Numbered from the stretch's first letter, positions 9,653-19,221 are shown. The stretch is DNA of 63,793 bases from Candidatus Gastranaerophilales bacterium (GCA_944325095.1 CALUYV010000001.1:1-63793), one strand, 5' to 3'. The notes: generated from the sequence alone by a model not told the origin. Numbers and translations are program-made.

Positions 9653-10184
9653 AATTTTACTTCATGCATGTTGTGCAATATGTTCGGGATATCCCATAGT
9701 GCTGCTGCAAAGTATGGGATATTCTGTTGTTGTATATTTTTATAACCCGAATATTTACCCGTCAGAAGAATATGAACGGCGGCTGGCGGCGCAGAAAACA
9801 TTGTGTGCTCATCTCGGAGTTGAATTGATTACAGGCGAATACAATCCGGAAGTTTACTACGATTATGTAAAAGGTTTTGAAAATGAACCTGAAAAAGGCA
9901 GACGCTGTGACAAATGTTTTGAGTTAAGACTCGATAGTGCGGCACAAAAGGCAAAAGAGCTGGGAATTAACGAATTTACAACATCAATAGTTATCAGCCC
10001 GCATAAAAACTACGAAAAATTATCAGATATCGGCAGCAAAGTTGCACAAAAGTATGAGTTAAAATATCTGCCTGTTAATTTCAGAAAGCAGGACGGTTTT
10101 TTAAAGACGAATAGAATTGCAAAAGAATTGAATTTATACAGACAAAATTATTGCGGATGTGTATTTGCCCGTTCAAATTCATAA
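9621..10184 (+). CDS. queH: epoxyqueuosine reductase QueH (DUF208)
   Basis: 187 aa. Has the LLHACCAICS N-terminal cysteine motif and the NYCGCVFA C-terminal motif typical of QueH. Overlaps the VKOR gene by 32 nt. Confidence 0.85.
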   Translation: MEENQNINSSKILLHACCAICSGYPIVLLQSMGYSVVVYFYNPNIYPSEEYERRLAAQKTLCAHLGVELITGEYNPEVYYDYVKGFENEPEKGRRCDKCFELRLDSAAQKAKELGINEFTTSIVISPHKNYEKLSDIGSKVAQKYELKYLPVNFRKQDGFLKTNRIAKELNLYRQNYCGCVFARSNS

Positions 10185-10283
10185 AATATCATCCGTTTGT
10201 ACTATGTATGAATATAAAAATTATCATATAATAGCGTTGAGGAGAAGATAGTTTACTAATAAGAATACGAAGAGGAAATTATA

Positions 10284-11735
10284 ATGAAAAAGCAGTTAGG
10301 ATTATTATTTGCAGTTATTATGGTATTGAATATGGCAGGTTCCGTATCTCTGGCAAGAAGTCCGTTAGAGAACTACAATTTGTATGATGATGTAATGGGC
10401 GGCGGCAGCAGTAAGCCTGATCCGAACAGAGAACGTGTTACAACTGATTTTTATAACAATTCAATGCGTCCGGGCAGTGCGGCTGCGGCAGCAAATGGTA
10501 AACCTACAGAAGAGGAAGAGGCTTTTGCTGCGGAAGAAGCAGAAAGACAGCAAAGAGCACAGGATATTCAAAACATTCTTGATTCTGTCAATACCGGTGA
10601 AATGGTTGGTCCTCGTAACAAAGATCTTCGTGCTTCTTCAGGAAGAGTATATAGTAATTTGAATGAACCTGAGCCATGGGCTTCCGAAAAATCTTTCTAT
10701 TCAAGACCGTCTATGAGCGGGATAAGAGAAAATTATCGTAAAAGCAACTTTGCAGGTGCATTGCAGGAAAGTATCTCATTAGTAAATCATAAAGGTTTTG
10801 AGTCTTTAACAAATGAACAAAAAACTATTGCATATTATTATCTTGCAATGAGTTATGCTAAATGCGGACAGAAAGAAAATGCTGTAAGAGCTTATGAAAA
10901 AGTTATCGCATTGAAAGATTGTCCTATGATTGTAAAATATGCAACAAACGGTCGTAATTGTGTTCTGAATGCCGAAGTTGCGGCTCCGGCAACTAAAACA
11001 ACAGACGGCAAAACGACAAAAACAACGACGACAACTACAACAACAGCATCTTCAGAAGTATGCTATCCGGATGTTAATGTTCCTGAACTTGTTTATCCTA
11101 ATGCTCACATGGCAGATGCTCTGGATGCACAGGATCTCACCCCTGTTGATCCGCAGGAATTGATTGACAGAAATATGAGAACAATTCATCACAAGATGAA
11201 TCCGCTTAATAATGCACAAGCAGATGATGCCGGCAACGATACTGATCCGGTTAAACTGCCGTTTGGTAAACAGGATTCCGAACTTGATAAATTTATCAAT
11301 GCTCCGTACGGCAATGGTTTATCTCCTGAATTTAACGAAGAATATAAACAAATTCAGTTAAGAACAATTCAAAAGAAAATGAATGCTGAAGGTAAATCAG
11401 AAGAAAGACAAAATCAAACACATCAGGATGTAAGAAAATTGGATGAAAAAGCAAATCCAAATCCGGAAACCGACAAACAATCTGATGCAGGTACAATAAA
11501 ACTTGCGTATGATGCGGATGCGGCATTTGAGCAGATAAAAAAAGATCCTGAATACATCCGTCAGCAAAGAGAAATTGAAGAAATAAGCAGAATGTTTGAT
11601 TCTTCTGATACTGCAAAAACCGAAGATATTACGGATTTGCTTCCTTATATGACCGAACAGGGCGATAAGAAATTATCTCCGGAAGTGATTCAGGCACTTA
11701 TGATGCAGTCTATGATGAGTAATATAACTCTGTAA
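10284..11735 (+). CDS. secreted hypothetical protein with TPR-like segment and Thr-rich linker
   Basis: Signal peptide MKKQLGLLFAVIMVLNMAGSVSLA, a TPR-like stretch (YYYLAMSYAKCGQKENAVRAYEKVIAL), a TTKTTDGKTTKTTTTTTTTASS linker and an acidic C-terminal half. Confidence 0.5.
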   Translation: MKKQLGLLFAVIMVLNMAGSVSLARSPLENYNLYDDVMGGGSSKPDPNRERVTTDFYNNSMRPGSAAAAANGKPTEEEEAFAAEEAERQQRAQDIQNILDSVNTGEMVGPRNKDLRASSGRVYSNLNEPEPWASEKSFYSRPSMSGIRENYRKSNFAGALQESISLVNHKGFESLTNEQKTIAYYYLAMSYAKCGQKENAVRAYEKVIALKDCPMIVKYATNGRNCVLNAEVAAPATKTTDGKTTKTTTTTTTTASSEVCYPDVNVPELVYPNAHMADALDAQDLTPVDPQELIDRNMRTIHHKMNPLNNAQADDAGNDTDPVKLPFGKQDSELDKFINAPYGNGLSPEFNEEYKQIQLRTIQKKMNAEGKSEERQNQTHQDVRKLDEKANPNPETDKQSDAGTIKLAYDADAAFEQIKKDPEYIRQQREIEEISRMFDSSDTAKTEDITDLLPYMTEQGDKKLSPEVIQALMMQSMMSNITL

Positions 11736-11766
11736 TTACATAAATAAATAAGGATTGCGGCTTTTT

Positions 11767-12381
11767 ATGAATGCAAGTGAGTATGAAAGGGTAAAAACTG
11801 ACTTTCTGTCCGGCAGAATAAAAGGCTGCAATTCTTTTTTTGAAGATAACGGCTGTTTGCTCGAAGCGGGTTATTGTTGTTTAATGCTTGATAAATTAGA
11901 TAAAGCCCAAAAACATTTTCTGGCTTTGAACGGTCGTGATGATAGAGCAGAATGGGCTTTATTTTTGCTGTGTATGATTCAGGACAGTGTTAAAACCGGC
12001 CCGACTTATTTCCAAATCAGAAATTTTCTCGAGATAGATTTGAATCTGCTTATGCTGTACTGCAAAGGGGAATATATTGAAAAAATCATTAAATATTCGG
12101 ATTTTATGGCATATTACAATCCCGAGAGTTATAAATTTATTGGAAGAGTTTTCTGGGCAAATGATTTTATGCCTGCTGCAAAGTTGTTTTTGAGAAAGGC
12201 AAAAGATAAATTTTATCAGGATCCGGAACTTCATTATTTGCTGGCATATATTGCCTATTACGAGGATAAAGATATAAATCAGTGTAAAAAAGCCCTGTCG
12301 GCATGTCTTGACATGCTCCCTGAGTACGCCCCTGCCAATAAATTGCTAAAACTCATAAATAATAATACAGTGCAAAACTAA
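11767..12381 (+). CDS. hypothetical TPR-like protein
   Basis: About 204 aa of helical-repeat-like sequence (YYLLAYIAYYEDKDINQCKKALSACLDMLPEY). The ORF track starts at TTG 11755; ATG 11767 is preferred. Confidence 0.4.
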   Translation: MNASEYERVKTDFLSGRIKGCNSFFEDNGCLLEAGYCCLMLDKLDKAQKHFLALNGRDDRAEWALFLLCMIQDSVKTGPTYFQIRNFLEIDLNLLMLYCKGEYIEKIIKYSDFMAYYNPESYKFIGRVFWANDFMPAAKLFLRKAKDKFYQDPELHYLLAYIAYYEDKDINQCKKALSACLDMLPEYAPANKLLKLINNNTVQN

Positions 12382-12626
12382 TATAACATCCCTATTCCGT
12401 CAGTGAGTTCTCTAAATTCTTCCTTTGTTTGCCGGATGTATTCTTGCAATATTACCCCCAGGTTCCAAAGTTCTGTTATTGATTCTTTATAAGTTTCTTG
12501 CTCCAAACAACAACAATATACCGAAATTCCGTCTTCTATAATCCCTAATCTTATAACGTGCTGTGTCATTTTTTCTTTTAATTCATCAGGCGAAATTTCT
12601 GATTTATTTTTCATATATTTCTCCAT
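12378..12626 (-). CDS. hypothetical small protein
   Basis: 82-aa ORF divergent from the XRE gene. No recognisable motif other than a CCC cluster. Its stop overlaps the stop of the convergent 11767..12381 gene. Confidence 0.35.
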   Translation of the reverse strand: MEKYMKNKSEISPDELKEKMTQHVIRLGIIEDGISVYCCCLEQETYKESITELWNLGVILQEYIRQTKEEFRELTDGIGMLY

Positions 12627-12653
12627 ATCGCATATTAAACTTTTTAATTAAAC

Positions 12654-12681
12654 AAGTGTAGTTGTTTATATCAGAAGTGTA
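12654..12681. promoter_or_regulatory. direct repeat AAGTGTA-N14-AAGTGTA in the XRE divergent promoter region
   Basis: Copies at 12654-12660 and 12675-12681, 21 bp apart start to start. A flanking inverted repeat TAGTTG...CAACTA lies at 12659-12664 / 12693-12698. Confidence 0.3.
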
Positions 12682-12713
12682 CTTCATTGAATCAACTATG
12701 TCAATAGCGTAGA

Positions 12714-12965
12714 ATGCTTGTTATGAACGATGGAAAAGTTGTTAAAATAACAAGTTTAATAGGTACAACAATAAAACTTGAAAGAGTGAAAAGAGGTTGG
12801 TCTCAAGAAAATTTGGCATTAGAATCAAATTTAAGCCAAAATTCTATTGGAGCGATAGAGCGGGGGACGAGTGTTCCGAGTGTAGAAACGGTGGAAAAGA
12901 TTGCGTTGGCATTTGGTATGACATTTTTTGAGTTTATAGATTTAGTCAAGTTATATAACAAATAG
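12714..12965 (+). CDS. XRE-family helix-turn-helix transcriptional regulator
   Basis: 83 aa. Classic Cro/C1-type HTH (IKLERVKRGWSQENLALESNLSQNSIGAIERGTSVPSVETVEKIALAFGM). Confidence 0.75.
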   Translation: MLVMNDGKVVKITSLIGTTIKLERVKRGWSQENLALESNLSQNSIGAIERGTSVPSVETVEKIALAFGMTFFEFIDLVKLYNK

Positions 12966-13066
12966 ATTGAATATAAACATTTGTTACAAAAATAGGGAAA
13001 ATTGAAATTACATCATAAATAAATCCTTTATATAAATAGTAAGAAGTTATATAAGGAGAGCCAACT

Positions 13067-13450
13067 ATGGGTGATAATGTAGAAGAAATCAAATCAATTG
13101 ACGAATTACGCAAGGCGCAGGCTGCTTCTCAAATGCAGGGCGGGAGCGTACCAAATTATAATCAATGGGCAGAAGTTCTTGAAAATTTGCAAACGGCAGG
13201 CATTGAATCTACCGGAAGTTATGAAGGTGATGTCAGACTTCAGTCGCAGGTTATTGAGAAAATAGAAAACTACATTCAGGAGGTTCAGGAAACCCAGCGT
13301 CAGCAGGAGATGAAGGCCGAAAATAATGAAACTTCAAAGGTTGATGAGAAAGCCTCGCAGGACAAAGAGCAGACTATCAAAGCAAATGTGGCAAATGCTA
13401 CAAGTTCGGTTATTTTAGCGGATTATATGAAATATTACCATCTGCTTTAG
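13067..13450 (+). CDS. hypothetical Q/E-rich protein
   Basis: 127-aa ORF with an AAGGAG SD 7 nt upstream. No recognisable domain. Confidence 0.4.
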   Translation: MGDNVEEIKSIDELRKAQAASQMQGGSVPNYNQWAEVLENLQTAGIESTGSYEGDVRLQSQVIEKIENYIQEVQETQRQQEMKAENNETSKVDEKASQDKEQTIKANVANATSSVILADYMKYYHLL

Positions 13451-14217
13451 TGTTTTAGTTTGAAAAATCTTGCAACAAATACTGCGCGTCCGACAAACCT
13501 GTCACGGCTTAATGTTCCCCAGTAGCGGCTGTCGTATGAATTTCCGCGGTTGTCACCCATCATAAAATAATGGCCTTCCGGAAGAACGAACGGCCCGCAT
13601 TTAGCAATAGAAGGGTTCATGAGCATAAAATCGTTTGCATCTTCAAATTTGACACAAGGTGTATATTCATAAGCACTTTTTATATAAGATTCTTTTAGTT
13701 TTTTGTCATTTATATATACAAAAGCAGAACCGTCATCTTCAAACTTAATTTCTACTTTATCGCCCGGAAGTCCGATAACTCTTTTTATATATGCGACATC
13801 TTTGCAAAAAATACCGGTTAATCTGGATAACAGCGGAAGAGGTTTTTTGGAAAGATGTGTTGAAGGCGGGTAAAACACCATAATATCTCCTCTTTCAGGC
13901 CCTTTGAAGAAACGGGAATATCTTTCAACAATAATTCTGTCGCCTTCGATAAGCGTCGGATTCATTGAGCCTGAAGGTATCCAGCGGATTTCGCATACAA
14001 AAAATCTTATAATAATTACCATTACCAGTACAAATAAAATGGTTTCAACTATATCGCAGAGTGAACTTTTTTTGTATTCCGCATATTTAGGCTCAAAATC
14101 ATCCAGAAATGCCTGCGCTTTTGCCGGCAGTTTTGATTTAAATGCAAGCCATGCGGCTTCTTTTTTCTCTTTTATATTTGCCTTAAAATTTTCCCATATC
14201 CCGGTTATTTTAGACAT
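13447..14217 (-). CDS. lepB: signal peptidase I
   Basis: TM anchor plus the catalytic motifs IPSGSMNPTL (Ser box), RVIGLPGD and GDNRGNSYDSRYWG. Confidence 0.9.
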   Translation of the reverse strand: MSKITGIWENFKANIKEKKEAAWLAFKSKLPAKAQAFLDDFEPKYAEYKKSSLCDIVETILFVLVMVIIIRFFVCEIRWIPSGSMNPTLIEGDRIIVERYSRFFKGPERGDIMVFYPPSTHLSKKPLPLLSRLTGIFCKDVAYIKRVIGLPGDKVEIKFEDDGSAFVYINDKKLKESYIKSAYEYTPCVKFEDANDFMLMNPSIAKCGPFVLPEGHYFMMGDNRGNSYDSRYWGTLSRDRFVGRAVFVARFFKLKH

Positions 14218-15094
14218 TGCACAGTATCTCCAAAAACTCTTCTAGTGCTGACTTAAATTTATTATCAGGCAAATATTTTAATTCTTCACCTGCATTCTGT
14301 ACATAATTATTTAACAAACCTTTTGTTTTTTCAATACCGCCGGCATAATTATCATCTTTGCTTCCGAGAATGACCGGAGCATTGTATATTCCGTTTTCGA
14401 TATCGCTGTTATAAGGTTTAGTTTTGTCTGTATTTATCATATTTATTATATCATCACGAATTTGGAAGGCTATACCGGTATTTATTGCAAATTTGCTGAT
14501 GCTCTGTACATTGTATTCAAATGAAGTATCAATGACGGCAGGAGCCAGCATGGCAGTTTCAAATAAATATGCGGTTTTATTTTTGTTTTTTTCTATATAT
14601 TCTTCAATTGTTCCGATTTTAAACCTTGCAAAATTCTGTTTAACTTCTCCTATACACATTTGCCGGATTGTATCGGAAAAATTTTTAATAACGGGAAAAT
14701 TTCCTATTTTGTATAATTTTGAAAGAGCCGCAGATAATAGATAATCCCCTGCGATTACTCCTGTTTTGTTTCCGAATTCGCAGGAAATTGTTTTCTTTCC
14801 GCGTCTTAAACTGCTTTCATCAATAATATCATCATGGATTAGTGATGCATTATGTACTATTTCAACTACAGTTAAAATTTCTAACTGTTCCGGTGATAAT
14901 TCTCTGCCGAGAGATTTAAAATATAATACGGGCAAAACCTCACGAATCCTTTTTGACGGTGCAAGCAAAAAACTTTTCAGCATAGTATTTACCGGCTCCG
15001 GAAGATTTATATCCTCAATCATTTTTTGTTCAATAATTTCTATTTCCGGTGCAGTTAATTGTTTTATATTGTTATATTGTTCATTAAACCCCAT
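14210..15094 (-). CDS. trans-polyprenyl diphosphate synthase
   Basis: First and second aspartate-rich motifs are present (LIHDDIIDESSLRRGK and FQIRDDIINM). Product chain length cannot be called from sequence alone. Confidence 0.85.
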   Translation of the reverse strand: MGFNEQYNNIKQLTAPEIEIIEQKMIEDINLPEPVNTMLKSFLLAPSKRIREVLPVLYFKSLGRELSPEQLEILTVVEIVHNASLIHDDIIDESSLRRGKKTISCEFGNKTGVIAGDYLLSAALSKLYKIGNFPVIKNFSDTIRQMCIGEVKQNFARFKIGTIEEYIEKNKNKTAYLFETAMLAPAVIDTSFEYNVQSISKFAINTGIAFQIRDDIINMINTDKTKPYNSDIENGIYNAPVILGSKDDNYAGGIEKTKGLLNNYVQNAGEELKYLPDNKFKSALEEFLEILCNV

Positions 15095-15095
15095 A

Positions 15096-15986
15096 TTATT
15101 TAACCTTTTGCAGTTTTAAATAGTTTACTTTATCCCAGCTTAAATCAATATACTTTATGCGGCTATCCACATTGGATATTTGCGGCAGAATGGTGTAAAT
15201 TCTTTTTATTCTTTCATAAACCGTACTGTCTAATACTCCGAGCCGGATATTTATTGTATGAATTTTAACAAAAACATCATTTGATTTTCGGATGTCTATG
15301 TATTCAACTTTTTCGTTTGAATAGGTTTCAACGGCTTTTACTACCCGTTCGATTTCCTGAATTTTTTTTGCCGTGATTTTCTTATTTAAATCTTTTGGTG
15401 TTGTGATAATTTTTAAAATATTTTCATCCGGAATATTCATATACCGCTTGTTTGTTACAAGAACTCCGTCCGAGGTGAAAAAAGCAATAGGCGGCTTTTT
15501 CAAATCAGGTTTGAGTATGGCAATCGGAGTCCGTTCTCTGATTATAATCTGCAAACGTGCAGGAAAGCCGTAGCGTCTTATATATGCTTTTTTGATGACA
15601 GGAATTTTATATATTCTCTGCATTACCGGTTTGGTCTTTATCAAAAAGATAGGCAGCTGCGGGGTTTTTAGTCCTTTTATTGAATCATATATGACATAAT
15701 CCGGAATAATTTTATTGTTTACAATTTCAATGTTCTTTTCCGGATGGTTGAATGCATCAACCGGCAGATACCATTGCGGCATTTTTATAATCATATATGA
15801 AAGAACAATGAGAATAACAACGACGACAAATTTCAGGAAGGATTTTAATTGTGTGAGTTTTTTACGCTTTTTCCTTAATTTTCTTTCCCGTTTTTTGTGG
15901 CTGACAGAATGTTTGACCGAAGAAAAATCATCCTGCTGCCCGCTGTTGTATTTATGTTTGCCGGTGTTGTTAAACCTGTCTGTCAT
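15096..15986 (-). CDS. ftsQ: cell division protein FtsQ/DivIB-like
   Basis: Basic N-terminus, a single TM helix and a POTRA-like region. Canonical position directly after ddl in a dcw-type operon. Confidence 0.6.
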   Translation of the reverse strand: MTDRFNNTGKHKYNSGQQDDFSSVKHSVSHKKRERKLRKKRKKLTQLKSFLKFVVVVILIVLSYMIIKMPQWYLPVDAFNHPEKNIEIVNNKIIPDYVIYDSIKGLKTPQLPIFLIKTKPVMQRIYKIPVIKKAYIRRYGFPARLQIIIRERTPIAILKPDLKKPPIAFFTSDGVLVTNKRYMNIPDENILKIITTPKDLNKKITAKKIQEIERVVKAVETYSNEKVEYIDIRKSNDVFVKIHTINIRLGVLDSTVYERIKRIYTILPQISNVDSRIKYIDLSWDKVNYLKLQKVK

Positions 15987-16942
15987 TATTTATTAAGTCC
16001 TGCTCCGTTCAATATAATTTGTACCAGATTGTCGTAACTAATTCCCATTACTTTTGATTGAGCCGGAAGATCGCTTGTTGCTGTCATTCCAGGCGAGGTG
16101 TTGATTTCAATAACATAAGGAACTCCGTTATCTCCTATCATAAAATCAACTCTTGAAACTCCGCGGCAGCCGGCTGCTTCGTGTGCCTTAACAGCAATAT
16201 CTTTTACTCTTTCGGTTAATTCAGGCGGCAATTCGGCAGGCAGTATAAATTCTGACATGCCCGGAGTATATTTTGATTCGTAATCGTACCATTCATTTTT
16301 AGGTCTGATTTCGAGAATTTCTGTTGCAAAATTTTTACCGTCTTTTTCCAGCACTCCGACTGTTACAAATGCTCCATTTATAAATTCTTCAATCAAAACA
16401 TCATCATTATATTTCAGAGCTTCTTTGTATGCAGAATCAAGTTCCTGCGGTGTATTAACCTTTGTCATGCCAAAACTTGAGCCTTCGGATACAGGTTTTG
16501 TAAATACAGGAAAAGTTAATTCTGCTGTCATTTTTTTGACATCCTGTCCTTTGCGTACAAAAACGGATTTTGCAAGCGGAATATCATCACATGCTGCAAG
16601 AACTCTTTTTGTAAATTCTTTATTCATACAAATTGCAGATGACATAACCCCGCATCCTGTATAAGGAATTTGCAGAATTTCTAAAAGCCCTTGAATACAT
16701 CCGTCCTCGCCGTATTTTCCGTGAAGCGCATTGTAGGCATAATCGTATTTTCCGTCTTTGAGTTTTTGTGCAATATTTTTATCGACTTCAACAAGTTCAG
16801 AGTTTTTATATCCGAGTCTTTGCAGTGCTTCATAACATCCTTTGCCCGAGCGTCTTGAAATTTCCGCTTCCGATGATAAACCCCCGCATAATACGGCGAT
16901 TTTTGAATTTTTATCTATTTTACTTTGTATAGTATTTGGCAT
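15986..16942 (-). CDS. ddl: D-alanine--D-alanine ligase
   Basis: 318 aa. Motifs VLCGGLSSEAEISRRSG, NALHGKYGEDGCIQGLLE and the ATP-grasp C-terminus EINTSPGMT. Confidence 0.9.
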   Translation of the reverse strand: MPNTIQSKIDKNSKIAVLCGGLSSEAEISRRSGKGCYEALQRLGYKNSELVEVDKNIAQKLKDGKYDYAYNALHGKYGEDGCIQGLLEILQIPYTGCGVMSSAICMNKEFTKRVLAACDDIPLAKSVFVRKGQDVKKMTAELTFPVFTKPVSEGSSFGMTKVNTPQELDSAYKEALKYNDDVLIEEFINGAFVTVGVLEKDGKNFATEILEIRPKNEWYDYESKYTPGMSEFILPAELPPELTERVKDIAVKAHEAAGCRGVSRVDFMIGDNGVPYVIEINTSPGMTATSDLPAQSKVMGISYDNLVQIILNGAGLNK

Positions 16943-17820
16943 AATTCATTCTCCCTCTCGTTTTTTCCGCCTAAAAATCTTATTTCGGGCTGTAGTTCAA
17001 TTTTGTATTTATCTTTAACTTTTGAATACATTTCATACATAAGGTTCAATACATCTAAAGAACTTCCGGAATTGGTGTTAACAATAAAATTGGCATGGTT
17101 TTCCCAGACATTTGCTCCGCCGCAGGACATATTTTTTGCTCCGATTGAATCAAGCAGCCGTCCTGCAGAATCGGATTCAGGATTTTTAAAAATACTCCCG
17201 CAATTTGGCAGCGCAAGCGACGGTTGATGCGATTGCCTGAATTGTATATTTTTATCCATCCGCTCTTTTATTTCTGTTTGCGGTTTAGGTGTTAATTCAA
17301 ATTCTGCCTGCAGAACAATCAAATTCTCCTTCTGGCATCGTGATGAACGGTAAGAAAAGTCCATTTCATCTTTCGTATATTTAACAATTCCTTTTTCTTT
17401 AGAATAACAAACGGCATAAACCAGAGTATCACTGATTTGCTGGGAGTTTGCGGAAGCATTCATATAGACTTCTCCGCCAACTGAGCCCGGAAAACCTATC
17501 ATAAATTCAAGTCCGGATAATCCGTTTTCGCAGACGGTTTGTGCCAGTTTCGGCCCTTTGACTCCGGCATCAGCAATAACATTCGCCCCTTCAATTTTTA
17601 TTTGATTCATGCGTGTTGTTAAAATAATTGCGTCGTCGTATCCGTCTGATGAAATCAAAGTGTTGGATAAATTCCCGAAAACTTTTATTCCGGTATTTTT
17701 TTTCAAAAGTGTTTCAAATTCTTCTATGTTTTCAGGGAAATATACTTCTTTGATAATTCCGCCGATTTTAAAAGAAGTTAATTTTCTGATATCAAAGTTT
17801 TTTTCAGAAAAAACACTCAT
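16915..17820 (-). CDS. murB: UDP-N-acetylenolpyruvoylglucosamine reductase
   Basis: 301 aa. FAD-binding N-terminal region (TSFKIGG...), PNCGSIFKNP and the GGANVWENHANFIVN motif. Confidence 0.9.
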   Translation of the reverse strand: MSVFSEKNFDIRKLTSFKIGGIIKEVYFPENIEEFETLLKKNTGIKVFGNLSNTLISSDGYDDAIILTTRMNQIKIEGANVIADAGVKGPKLAQTVCENGLSGLEFMIGFPGSVGGEVYMNASANSQQISDTLVYAVCYSKEKGIVKYTKDEMDFSYRSSRCQKENLIVLQAEFELTPKPQTEIKERMDKNIQFRQSHQPSLALPNCGSIFKNPESDSAGRLLDSIGAKNMSCGGANVWENHANFIVNTNSGSSLDVLNLMYEMYSKVKDKYKIELQPEIRFLGGKNERENELCQILYKVK

Positions 17821-17823
17821 TTT

Positions 17824-19221
17824 TTATACCTTTGCTTCGCTTAAACTTAACAGTTCTTTTCCCAGATTGGTAATTGTTCCTGCGCCCAGTCCGATTACTA
17901 CATCGCCCGGATTAAGAGTCGGCAGTAATTTCTTTGCGACTTCGTGCATATCACCTGTTAAATTTTCGCAAGGAATATCGAGTTTTTCTTTTAATTCATT
18001 TGTAAATGCCGCAGAATTAATGCCGTCAATCGGTTCTTCACTTGCGGCATATACATCTGTAACAACAATTCTGTTTACATCGGAAAATGCTGTCATAAAC
18101 TCGTTCCACAAATTTTGCAGTCTTGTATATCTGTGCGGCTGAAAAACTGCGATAACATTTTTATTTTTAAATGCTTTTGAAGCCGATAATGTAGCTTTAA
18201 TTTCTGTCGGGTGATGTGCATAATCATCATAAACGGAAATTCCGTTAAATTCGCCGACTTTTTGAAATCTTCTGCCCATTCCGATAAAGGTTGCAAAATG
18301 CGGATTGACAAGTTCCATATCAATTCCTGATTGATGTAAACTTGCCCATACTGCAAGCGAATTATATACATTATGAACACCTTTCAAACAAATTTTCAGG
18401 TTTGTCATAAATTCACCTTTGTAATAAATATCAAAATCGGTGTATGATTCCGTATAATTTATATTTTTAGCGGAATAGTCAGTATTTCCGCCGATTGAAT
18501 AAGTTATAAAACGGGCATTATTTACAAGTTCGTGCTTCGTGAAATATTTGACAAGCCGTTTTACGCCGTCATTATCCGTATTCGCAAGAATTATGCCGTC
18601 TGGACGAATATTTGATATAAATTTTTCAAAAGTTTCCAGAATAGAATCCAGACCGTTTTTGTAAAAATCAAGGTGATCCGGTTCAAGGTTGTTAACCACA
18701 ACAAGATTTGCGGAATATTTTACAATTGTGCCGTCGCTTTCATCAAGTTCTGCAATAAAATATTTTTCATTTGTTGCATTGGAATTTGAGTTTAATTCAG
18801 GAATTATTCCGCCGACAACATAAGACGGTTTATATCCCGCTTTTTCCATAACATAAGCGCATAACCCGCTTGTTGTTGTTTTTCCGTGTGTTCCGGAAAA
18901 TCCTATAAAATATCTTTCATGTTTTGCAATTTCAACAAGCAAATCAGACCGGTGCCAGATTTTGAGTTTTAATTCCTTTGCCCGGATAACTTCCGGATTG
19001 CTTGCCTTAATTGCTGTACTCACGATGACGGTGCAATCATCCGGTACATTATCTGCATCATGTTTTAAATAAACTTTTGCACCAAGTTTTTTTACTTCCT
19101 GTACATATTTGCTATCACTTATATCAGAGCCTGAAACTTCAAAGCCTTTTTGCAGCAAGAACTTAGCCAAACCGCTCATGCCTACTCCGCCGATAGCTAT
19201 AAAATGATATTTCTTTTTCAA
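17824..19221 (-). CDS. murC: UDP-N-acetylmuramate--L-alanine ligase
   Basis: 465 aa. Motifs HFIAIGGVGMSGLA and GFSGTHGKTTTS (P-loop), with the DDYAHHPTE motif. TTG start with an AGGGA SD. Confidence 0.92.
   Translation of the reverse strand: MKKKYHFIAIGGVGMSGLAKFLLQKGFEVSGSDISDSKYVQEVKKLGAKVYLKHDADNVPDDCTVIVSTAIKASNPEVIRAKELKLKIWHRSDLLVEIAKHERYFIGFSGTHGKTTTSGLCAYVMEKAGYKPSYVVGGIIPELNSNSNATNEKYFIAELDESDGTIVKYSANLVVVNNLEPDHLDFYKNGLDSILETFEKFISNIRPDGIILANTDNDGVKRLVKYFTKHELVNNARFITYSIGGNTDYSAKNINYTESYTDFDIYYKGEFMTNLKICLKGVHNVYNSLAVWASLHQSGIDMELVNPHFATFIGMGRRFQKVGEFNGISVYDDYAHHPTEIKATLSASKAFKNKNVIAVFQPHRYTRLQNLWNEFMTAFSDVNRIVVTDVYAASEEPIDGINSAAFTNELKEKLDIPCENLTGDMHEVAKKLLPTLNPGDVVIGLGAGTITNLGKELLSLSEAKV

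Noticed and set aside
10993-11050. An ACA/ACG/ACT-rich run that looks like a DNA tandem repeat.
   Set aside because: It is in frame within the 10284..11735 ORF and encodes a poly-Thr linker. It is low-complexity coding sequence, not a structured repeat array.
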